A stretch of DNA of 60,866 nucleotides from Acidimicrobiia bacterium. GTDB taxonomy: Bacteria > Actinomycetota > Acidimicrobiia > Spongiisociales > ZC4RG35. The translations under genes and the position numbers were made by a program. Position 1 is the stretch's first letter. Each line of letters begins with the position of its first letter. Positions 31,451 to 39,027 of this stretch are shown one piece after another. The DNA lies in the NCBI GenBank assembly GCA_048595045.1, contig JBMDXS010000224.1, positions 1 through 60,866 of the forward strand, read 5' to 3'. Below the pieces are notes generated by a model. It was not told where the DNA came from. It saw only the letters and a list, made by a program, of their open reading frames with translations, and ran no database searches.

Positions 31451-32174
31451 TTCGAAGGTGGCCATCGTGACCGGGGCGGCCGGAGGCCTGGGCCACGCGA
31501 CCACGATCGCGCTGCTCGAGAACGGATATCGGGTTGGGGGGCTCGATGTGAACCACGCCACCCTCGAGTCCGTGGCCGAGGAAAACCCCGATTCGCTCTC
31601 GCTGGAGATGGTCGACGTGACTTCGGCCGAACAGATCGAGGCCGGGCTGGCTCGGGTAACCGAGAGGTTCGGGACTCCGACCACCCTGGTCAACATTGCC
31701 GGCACGAACCGAATCGCACCCCTCACCGAGACGACCGAGGAAATCTGGGACCTGCTCATCGACCTCAACCTGAAGGGCACCTTCCTCTGCTGCCGTGCGG
31801 TCGTGCCCCTCATGCGGGAGGCAGGAGAGGGACGCATCGTCAACCTGACCTCCAACATGGGGCTGCGGCCGGAGGCCCAACAGGTCGGCTATGCCTCGTC
31901 GAAGGCCGGAGTGGTCGGGCTGACTCGGGCCCTCGCGTTGGAACTGGCGCCGGACAACATCACGGTCAATGCGGTCGCCCCAGTGATGACGCTGACTGAG
32001 CGGGTGGCTGGACTTCCCCAATGGTGGAAGGACCTCCAGTTGTCCAAGATCCCGTTCGGCCGCTACGGGACGGTCGACGACACCGTCAACACGATCCTCT
32101 TCCTACTTTCGGAAGGCGGTTCCTTCTATACGGGGCAGGTCCTCTCTCCCAACGGCGGGGACAACATGCCATGA
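31443..32174 (+). CDS. Short-chain dehydrogenase/reductase (FabG-like)
   Basis: VAIVTGAAGGLGHA (TGxxxGxG), NIAG, and YASSKAG (YxxxK). 8-nt overlap with the upstream gene. Confidence 0.85.
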   Translation: MADSKVAIVTGAAGGLGHATTIALLENGYRVGGLDVNHATLESVAEENPDSLSLEMVDVTSAEQIEAGLARVTERFGTPTTLVNIAGTNRIAPLTETTEEIWDLLIDLNLKGTFLCCRAVVPLMREAGEGRIVNLTSNMGLRPEAQQVGYASSKAGVVGLTRALALELAPDNITVNAVAPVMTLTERVAGLPQWWKDLQLSKIPFGRYGTVDDTVNTILFLLSEGGSFYTGQVLSPNGGDNMP

Positions 32175-32548
32175 GCGACTACTTGGTCAGGCGCGGCGTG
32201 GTCGACCCGGCCGCCGGTTCCCCCCAAGACTGGGGGTGGCTCAACTTCCTCGCCGACGAGGAGATCACCTCGATTCCGGGCGTCACGGTGGGTACCGCTC
32301 TGATCGAACCGGGAGCGGAGAACCCACTACATATCCACCCGAACTGCGCCGAGATAATCCTCTTCTTGGCCGGCAACGTCGAGCACGCCGTTGGTCCTGA
32401 CACGGTGGAGCTGGCCATGGGCGATATGTTGATCGTGCCGGCAGGCATGGCCCACAATGCCCGCAACGTCGGCTCGGAGCCGGTCGAGATGATCGTGATC
32501 TACAACGCGGGTCGGCGTGGTTATCAACTTGCCGAGCGAGGGTCATAG
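32171..32548 (+). CDS. Cupin-domain protein
   Basis: ATGA overlap with the SDR stop. GAENPLHIHPNCAEIILFLAGN...GDMLIVPAGMAHNARN is the two-motif cupin signature. Confidence 0.65.
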   Translation: MSDYLVRRGVVDPAAGSPQDWGWLNFLADEEITSIPGVTVGTALIEPGAENPLHIHPNCAEIILFLAGNVEHAVGPDTVELAMGDMLIVPAGMAHNARNVGSEPVEMIVIYNAGRRGYQLAERGS

Positions 32549-32686
32549 CCACCTCGGAATCTCCTGTCCCAAGGAGGACCCCAACCGAGACCACCCGGAA
32601 GTTGGGACGGGCTGACCCGGCGACCGATACGCTCATCTCGTCGCGCCCAGAGCGGAGGCGTCGCCCTCCGTTCGCACGCGGTGCTG

Positions 32687-35422
32687 TCACCAGCGGGAGA
32701 GGAGCCAGAGCTCGGGCTCGAACTCGCCCGAGTCGATGTCGGCGAATAATGACACCGCCTTGTTCAGGGCATCCCGCGCCTCGGCTTCACGGCCGGCGCG
32801 GTGATGGAGGTCGGCGAGATGGTCCCAGAGCGCCGCCTCCCGATGACGATGTCCGGTACGGTCGGCGATCGAAATCGCCTCCTCCACGAGCCGGACGGCC
32901 GTCGGGCTTTCGCGGCCCTCTGAGAGGAGACTCGCCTTGTTGTTGAGTGCCGCCATCCGGAGGAGATCGTCGGTTCCCGCCAGTCTGAGGGCCTCATCGG
33001 CATGCACCAACGCCTCCTTGCTGTTGCTGCTGACAACGGCGAGGATGTTGCGCACCCTGGATCGGTGAGCGGGGCTGTCGTCGTCCTCGGCTGCCGATCG
33101 GGCCCGCTCCGCCAGCTCGGCCGCCTTGGTCGCGTCCCCAACCCGATGCGCCAGCAATGCCCAGTCGGCGAGCACCTCGGCCGGCGCCGGGTGGGTGAGG
33201 AGCGCTTTCTCGAAGTGCGCCTCGGCGTCGTCGAAACGTCCGAGCAGGCGTTCTACATCGCCGGTCCGATGCTCGATGACGCCTGCTGAATCCGGTCCGG
33301 CATGTGCCGACGCCAGAGTGAGCTCACGTCTGGCCCGGTCGTACTCCCCGGCCGCCATGGCGATCTCGGCGAGGGCCAGTCGGGCGCCGGCGACGTCTGC
33401 ATCACCGACGGCCAGGGCGATCTCGTAGAACTTCCGGGCCGATTCGTTGGCATACACGCTCCGAGAAAGGTCCCCGGCCAGGTGGTACCACTCCGCAGCC
33501 TCGTCGTCGCCGGCCGCCTGATACTGACCGGCGACGGCAGCGGCCAGCCGGGCGTCCGAACGGGCGTGCCCCCGCTCGGACAAGGCGCGGGCCGCCCTGC
33601 GGTGGAGCAGCCGCCGACGAACCATCGACGTCGCTTCGTAAGTGACTCGCTCCAGGGCGTCGAGAGTGAATGCGAGGCCATCGGACTCGGGTATCTCCCG
33701 TAGGAGACGGGCGGCCACTAGCTCCTCGACGGCTTCGACCACCTCCTCCTCACTCCGACCGCTCGTCTCGCGCAGGAGGGTGGCATCACAGATGCCGTTC
33801 AAGGCCGCGGCGGCGGTGAGGATCTGACGGGCGAGGTCGCCGACCTCGAGTAGCCGCGCCTCCATGTAGCGGGCTATTCCAGGAGTCGCTGGATCCGCGT
33901 CCGCAGCCAGGGCCTCGTTGATCAGCAGAGGAACCCCTCCGGTCTGTTCGAGCAATCGGGCAGCTTCGCTGTCGTCGCCATCGGTCAGTGGGATCAGGTG
34001 CTGGAGGGCCAGGGGCTGGACCTCGACCCTCTCGGCGGCTCCGGACATCATCTCAGCAACCGGCAGAAGGAGATCGTCCTCGGTCCTGGCGGCGAGCACC
34101 ATCAGGACGGGGAGGTTCCCGATGCGTCGGGCGAGGTAGGAGAAGAGCGAGGCCGATGCCTGGTCCATCCACTGGACGTCGTCGAGGATCACGACCAGTG
34201 GACGCCTCGCGGTGAGAGCCGACATAGCGGTGAAGATCCCCTCCAACAGCCTGAGCTCACCGAATCGATCGGGCGTCGCCGTGGCTTCACCGGTCTCGAG
34301 CCCGGGCACCAGCCTCCCCACCTCGTGGACCGCCCAATCCGGGATCTCATCCCTGTTCCCATCGATCATCGGGGCTGCCCCGGCCAGGACCTGGGTGGCC
34401 ACACCATAAGGCAGGTCTTGCTCCATCCTGAAGGCCCGGCCGATCAGGATGCCGGCCTCACGACCGGCAGCCGATGCGAATTCTTCGAGGAGACGGGTCT
34501 TCCCCATCCACGGCGCCCCGGTCATCGACAGCACGCATCCCTGCCCGGCAGTGGCCCGGCGCATCGTCCGGCCCAGTAGTCCCAGCTCATCCTCTCGATC
34601 GATGAGGTCGGGCTGCTGCACGGTCCTGACAGGTGTCTCCGCCTTGACCCGGCGTGGAGCCCCCGGGGCCGGGGGCAAGTCCTCGTCGAGTATGGCCTCG
34701 TACAGCTCGGTGGTCTCTTCGAGCGGTGCCACCCCCAGCTCCTGCTCGAGAACGGTGACACATGCGCGATAGGCCTCGATGGCACCGGGCCGGTCACCCG
34801 ACCAGGCATGGAGAAGCATGAGGAAGCGGTGAGCCGGTTCGTGGAGGGGGTCCAACTCCAGCCAGCGGGTCACCGCCGTGATAGCACCCGGGTAATCACC
34901 AGCGGCGGCCAGGGCAGTGCCCAGCCGGTGGCAGGTCTCCCCAATCCGGATCCGCACCGTTTCGGACATATTCCGGACCCAGTCCTCGAACTCGGGGGAC
35001 GCTTTCAACGAGAAGCCCTCGAGGAACTCACCCCGGTAGAGGTCGGAAGCATTGCGCAGATGCGGGATGCAGCGGTCGCAGACATCGCGCGGGTCATGGC
35101 CGTGGTCCCGGGTGGCGGCGATCTCGGCTTCCAGGATGTCGAGGTCCGACCGCGTCGGCCCGATCAGCGTGACCAGGTTGCGGTCCGCCGCGATCAGATC
35201 GGACCGGGTGGCTCCCCGAAGGGCGGAGAGGGTGCGTCTCAGGGTGGCTCGGGCCCGTTCCTGTGATGCATCGGCCCAGAACAGGGCCGCCAGCGAGTCC
35301 CTCGATCCCGACCTCTCAACCGTCAGAAAGGCGAGCAGGGCGATGGCCTTGCGGGTATCGACAACGACCGGCTTTCCGTCGAGGAGGACCTCGGGACGTC
35401 CCAAGAGATTGATTTCGAGCAA
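32687..35422 (-). CDS. SARP/AfsR-like regulator: OmpR-type wHTH + BTAD + P-loop NTPase + TPR repeats
   Basis: MLEINLLGRPEVLLDGKPV...RKAIALLAFL (wHTH), the BTAD helix region (...HRFLMLLHAWSGDRPGAIEAYRACVTVLEQELGVAP), Walker A MTGAPWMGKTRLLEEF, Walker B VVILDDVQWMD, and a long C-terminal TPR-like region. Confidence 0.85.
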   Translation of the reverse strand: MLEINLLGRPEVLLDGKPVVVDTRKAIALLAFLTVERSGSRDSLAALFWADASQERARATLRRTLSALRGATRSDLIAADRNLVTLIGPTRSDLDILEAEIAATRDHGHDPRDVCDRCIPHLRNASDLYRGEFLEGFSLKASPEFEDWVRNMSETVRIRIGETCHRLGTALAAAGDYPGAITAVTRWLELDPLHEPAHRFLMLLHAWSGDRPGAIEAYRACVTVLEQELGVAPLEETTELYEAILDEDLPPAPGAPRRVKAETPVRTVQQPDLIDREDELGLLGRTMRRATAGQGCVLSMTGAPWMGKTRLLEEFASAAGREAGILIGRAFRMEQDLPYGVATQVLAGAAPMIDGNRDEIPDWAVHEVGRLVPGLETGEATATPDRFGELRLLEGIFTAMSALTARRPLVVILDDVQWMDQASASLFSYLARRIGNLPVLMVLAARTEDDLLLPVAEMMSGAAERVEVQPLALQHLIPLTDGDDSEAARLLEQTGGVPLLINEALAADADPATPGIARYMEARLLEVGDLARQILTAAAALNGICDATLLRETSGRSEEEVVEAVEELVAARLLREIPESDGLAFTLDALERVTYEATSMVRRRLLHRRAARALSERGHARSDARLAAAVAGQYQAAGDDEAAEWYHLAGDLSRSVYANESARKFYEIALAVGDADVAGARLALAEIAMAAGEYDRARRELTLASAHAGPDSAGVIEHRTGDVERLLGRFDDAEAHFEKALLTHPAPAEVLADWALLAHRVGDATKAAELAERARSAAEDDDSPAHRSRVRNILAVVSSNSKEALVHADEALRLAGTDDLLRMAALNNKASLLSEGRESPTAVRLVEEAISIADRTGHRHREAALWDHLADLHHRAGREAEARDALNKAVSLFADIDSGEFEPELWLLSRW

Positions 35423-35450
35423 AACCCGTCACCTCATCGTTGCATCGGGC

Positions 35451-35538
35451 AACGTAGCGTTGGCGTTACGACGTAGGGAAAACCGACGCAGATCGGAACG
35501 TATGTTGTTCCCTGACGTTCACCGTTTCACTTACGTAA
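35451..35538. promoter_or_regulatory. Divergent promoter region with four ACGTA copies (candidate regulator-binding sites)
   Basis: ACGTA at 35452, 35471, 35498 and 35533, the last within the palindrome TACGTA. All fall within the 142-bp gap between the SARP gene and the sensor operon. Confidence 0.35.
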
Positions 35539-35564
35539 CGCTGCGATGCCAATCTGCGTCTCGC

Positions 35565-36764
35565 ATGAGGGATGGAGAGGCAGGGGCGGCGGGCGTCGGG
35601 GCCAGGAGGGCGTTTGTGGTGGCGCTCGTCGGAGTGGTTCTCCTCGCGGTTCGGATCGTCGGTGGGATGGTCGGATGGCTGGATCCCCTGTCCTTCGATA
35701 CTGAGACCTGGGGAAACCTGATGACGATGACCCTTTTTCTCGTCCTCGGCCCCCTCGTCTTATGGAAAGCAAACGGGAACCGCGTCGGTTGGGTCTTTTC
35801 CGGCATCGGGCTGTTCATTGCCGGTTCGGCGATAGCCGGCGGTCTGGCCGACCGGGGGTATCTGGCGTTCTCCGCCATCGGGGGAGGCTTGTGGCTCGGG
35901 TGGATCATCGGTGTTGGAACCCTGGTCCTTTGGTTTCCCACGGGCGAGGTTCCGTCCCGACGATGGCTATGGCTGCAGTGGCTCGGCTTAGCCCTGGTGG
36001 CCCTCACCTTCATCAGCTACTCCTTCACCGATCAGCTCTGCGCCGATTTCTCCGACGGGGAGTGTCTGCAGTGGGTGAGCAACCCAATCGGCATTCGGGG
36101 GATGCCCAACCCGGAGTTCGGTTGGCTGTCCGGCCCGCTGTTCGCCCTGTATCCCGTCTTCATGGGTGGCGCCGTCTTGTCGTTGTTCATGCGGTACCGG
36201 AAGGCGAAGACCGTGGAGCGGCTCCAGCTGAAGTGGTTCCTCCTGGCATGCGCTTCCTTCGTCGCCGCCCTGGGGACCGAGATCTTCTTGGAAGGCATCG
36301 GAATCGCCCAGCCACCACTCCTGGTGGATCTATGGATCGACCTATCGATCATCGCCATACCGATCGCGGCGACGCTCGCGATCCTGCGATACCGGCTCTA
36401 CGAGATCGACCGGATCATCTCCCGGACCGTGTCCTATGCGATCGTGATCGCACTGCTGGGCCTGGTCTACGCCGTGGGTCTGACCGGGCTCACCTCCCTG
36501 CTCGACGCGGACTCCCCATTGGCCGTGGCTGCCTCCACATTGGCCGCGGCCGCTCTCTTCAACCCTCTGCGGCGACGAGTCCAGGGTATGGTCGACCATC
36601 GGTTCAATCGCACCCGATATGACGCGGAGCGAGTCATGACCGGGTTCACCGACACACTCAGGGATGAGGTCGATCCGGAGAAGGTGGTGGGGGGCTGGGT
36701 CTCGGTGGTCAACGAGACCATGCATCCTGCATCGGCCGGAGTGTGGATGCGAAGCCGGTCATGA
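35565..36764 (+). CDS. Polytopic membrane sensor-like protein, paralog 1 (no catalytic domain)
   Basis: About 9-10 hydrophobic spans, then ERLQLKWF..., LRYRLYEIDRIISRTVSY, and the tail ALFNPLRRRVQGMVDHRFNRTRYDAERVMTGFTDTLRDEVDPEKVVGGWVSVVNETMHPASAGVWMR. Start is uncertain (ATG 35565 or 35502); ORF-track 35052 overlaps the SARP gene. Confidence 0.7.
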   Translation: MRDGEAGAAGVGARRAFVVALVGVVLLAVRIVGGMVGWLDPLSFDTETWGNLMTMTLFLVLGPLVLWKANGNRVGWVFSGIGLFIAGSAIAGGLADRGYLAFSAIGGGLWLGWIIGVGTLVLWFPTGEVPSRRWLWLQWLGLALVALTFISYSFTDQLCADFSDGECLQWVSNPIGIRGMPNPEFGWLSGPLFALYPVFMGGAVLSLFMRYRKAKTVERLQLKWFLLACASFVAALGTEIFLEGIGIAQPPLLVDLWIDLSIIAIPIAATLAILRYRLYEIDRIISRTVSYAIVIALLGLVYAVGLTGLTSLLDADSPLAVAASTLAAAALFNPLRRRVQGMVDHRFNRTRYDAERVMTGFTDTLRDEVDPEKVVGGWVSVVNETMHPASAGVWMRSRS

Positions 36765-37876
36765 GAAGGGTCTGGATCCTCGCTCTTCTCCTGATCTCGG
36801 TGGGGGGAACGCTCATGGGGGTATTCAACGGGCCGCTCGCCGCCGCCGGTGACAGGCTCTGGCCCCTGAGCTGGATGTCGTGGCCCCTGGTCGGTGCGAT
36901 CATCCTCTTCCGCAGGCCGGGTAACAGGATTGGGATCGCCTGCATGTCAATCGGCTTGGTCTGGGGGATCGCCTTCGGCCTCCAATCCACAGTCCTCGAC
37001 GTCTCCGCTGGCGCCGCTGCCTGGATGGAGCTCGTCTACACGGTTCTCGGAGTCGTCCCGTGGCTGATCATCGTCTGGCTGCTGGCCAACTTCCCAACCG
37101 GGGTGCCGGCAGGAAGTCTCGAGCGCATCGTCAACCGTGCACTGGTGCTGGTCGGTGCTTGGGCCACCCTTGGTTTCATTTTCAGTCCTGCACCTCTTTC
37201 CGACACGGGGCTGGCCAATCCCTTATCCGTCTCGGCACCGGTCCTGACAATGATCACGAGCGATGGCGGCTTCTTGGTCGTCGTGGTTCTCGCGGTCACG
37301 GCGGTGATCAGCCTGGTAATTCGTCTCCGACACAGCTCCGGGATCGAACGTCTCCAATTCAGATGGTTGGCGCTCGGAAGCTCGCTTTTTGTTGTGATCT
37401 CGGCATTGGGTCAGTTCATGCCCGAAGACTCGGCGGGTGAGCTCCTCTGGCTGCTGGGCGGGTCGGCGATCCCGTTATCGATCGGGGTTGCGGTGATCAG
37501 GTACCGGCTGTTCGAGATCGATCGTCTCCTGTCCCGGACCGTTGGCTATGTCGTAGTCGTCGCCGCGCTCGGCGTTATCTACTTCGCGGTCGTGGCGTTG
37601 CTCACCTCGATCCTGTCCGCCGACAGCAGTCTCGCGGTGGCGGGCTCCACCCTCGCTGTGGCAGCACTCTTCAACCCGCTGCGTCGTCGGGTCCTGGCAG
37701 GAGTCGATCGACGCTTCAACCGCTCCCGTTATGACGCAGAGCAAGTCATGACCAGGTTCATCGGAAACCTGAGGAATGAGGTAGATCCCGGACGGGTTCT
37801 GGGCGGATGGGTGTCGGTGGTCAACGAGACCATGAGGCCGGCATCGTCGGGGTTATGGGTGCGGGAGACCCGATGA
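36761..37876 (+). CDS. Polytopic membrane sensor-like protein, paralog 2
   Basis: ATGA overlap with paralog 1 (36761-36764). ERLQFRWL, IRYRLFEIDRLLSRTVGY, ALFNPLRRRVLAGVDRRFNRSRYDAEQVMTRF...EVDPGRVLGGWVSVVNETMRPASSGLWVR. Confidence 0.7.
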   Translation: MRRVWILALLLISVGGTLMGVFNGPLAAAGDRLWPLSWMSWPLVGAIILFRRPGNRIGIACMSIGLVWGIAFGLQSTVLDVSAGAAAWMELVYTVLGVVPWLIIVWLLANFPTGVPAGSLERIVNRALVLVGAWATLGFIFSPAPLSDTGLANPLSVSAPVLTMITSDGGFLVVVVLAVTAVISLVIRLRHSSGIERLQFRWLALGSSLFVVISALGQFMPEDSAGELLWLLGGSAIPLSIGVAVIRYRLFEIDRLLSRTVGYVVVVAALGVIYFAVVALLTSILSADSSLAVAGSTLAVAALFNPLRRRVLAGVDRRFNRSRYDAEQVMTRFIGNLRNEVDPGRVLGGWVSVVNETMRPASSGLWVRETR

Positions 37877-39018
37877 GAAGCATGTCGGTCCGCGTCATGC
37901 TCGCCCTCTGGGTTCTGGTAATGCTGTCACTGGGCCTGGTTTGGTTGGTTCTCCAGGAGACCTACGACTCGACAGCGGGCGTTCTGTTCGGCGCCTGCTG
38001 TGCCCTTGTGGTCGGGGCGATCCTTACCGCTCGTGTGCCCGGGAATGCAGTCGGGCCGCTGTACTTGATCGCTGGGTCGGCCTGGGTCCTGTATTCCAGT
38101 GGGAGCGCCTACGGGCTCGCCTCCCTGGGCGGCGCCGAGCCCCTGCCGGCTGCTTATTTCTTCGCATGGCTGGGGGGATGGACCGGCGCATTGCTTCCGC
38201 TGGGCATCGCTGCCGTGATCATGATCTTCCCCACGGGCAAGCCTGTCGGCTGGTGGCGGGTGTGGCTGCTCGGGCCTATCGCAGGGGCAATCTCGTCGGT
38301 GACAGGAGCGATCATGATCTGGGGTGAGCCTCTCACGACCCTTACCGACCAGGATCTTCTAAGCAGCATCGGCAGCTATCGCTTCATCGATGCAGCTTTC
38401 ATCATCGGCTTCATCTCTGCCATACCCGCAGCTTTCTCGGTCATCGCCCGATATCGGAGGGCAACAGATATCGAGCGACACCAGATCAAGTGGCTGCTCG
38501 CCGCAGCCAGCCTGTTTGCCCTCTCCTATATCTCCGGGGCTATCACCGAAGACACGAACGAGTTGTCGTGGTGGCTGTTGTCCTTCGCCTTGGCCGCCAT
38601 TCCCATCTCCATCCTCTTCGCGGTGCTTCGTTATCGCCTCTACGACATCGACCGGATCCTGTCCAGGACGGTTTCCTACCTGATCGTCCTCGGCGTCCTG
38701 ACCGGTGTCTATATGATCGGGCTCAGCGTCCTGTCGTCCCTCTTCTCGGAGTCCTCCTTGACTGTCGCGGCTTCTACCCTGGCCGCTGCCGCCCTCTTCA
38801 CACCGCTGCGGCGACGGGTCCAGGCCGGGGTGGAGAGGAGATTCAACCGTTCGCGCTATGACGCCGAGCAGGTGATGGATGGGTTTTCCGGCTCGCTCCG
38901 CCAGGGTCTCGACCCAAACAAGCTGGTGGAGGGCTGGGTCGGTGTCGTGTCCGAGACGATGCAGCCAACGTCGGTCTCTGTTTGGATTCGTAACGATTTC
39001 GGGACGTTGGAGGGATAG
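37873..39018 (+). CDS. Polytopic membrane sensor-like protein, paralog 3
   Basis: ATGA overlap with paralog 2 (37873-37876). ERHQIKWL, LRYRLYDIDRILSRTVSY, ALFTPLRRRVQAGVERRFNRSRYDAEQVMDGF...GLDPNKLVEGWVGVVSETMQPTSVSVWIR. Confidence 0.7.
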   Translation: MRSMSVRVMLALWVLVMLSLGLVWLVLQETYDSTAGVLFGACCALVVGAILTARVPGNAVGPLYLIAGSAWVLYSSGSAYGLASLGGAEPLPAAYFFAWLGGWTGALLPLGIAAVIMIFPTGKPVGWWRVWLLGPIAGAISSVTGAIMIWGEPLTTLTDQDLLSSIGSYRFIDAAFIIGFISAIPAAFSVIARYRRATDIERHQIKWLLAAASLFALSYISGAITEDTNELSWWLLSFALAAIPISILFAVLRYRLYDIDRILSRTVSYLIVLGVLTGVYMIGLSVLSSLFSESSLTVAASTLAAAALFTPLRRRVQAGVERRFNRSRYDAEQVMDGFSGSLRQGLDPNKLVEGWVGVVSETMQPTSVSVWIRNDFGTLEG

Positions 39019-39027
39019 AAAAAGGGC

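Noticed and set aside
32687-35422. Possibility that the P-loop/TPR protein is an antiphage STAND NTPase (Avs-like).
   Set aside because: It has an N-terminal OmpR-type wHTH plus BTAD, the hallmark of AfsR/SARP transcription factors, and no nuclease, protease or TIR effector domain. No other defence genes are nearby.
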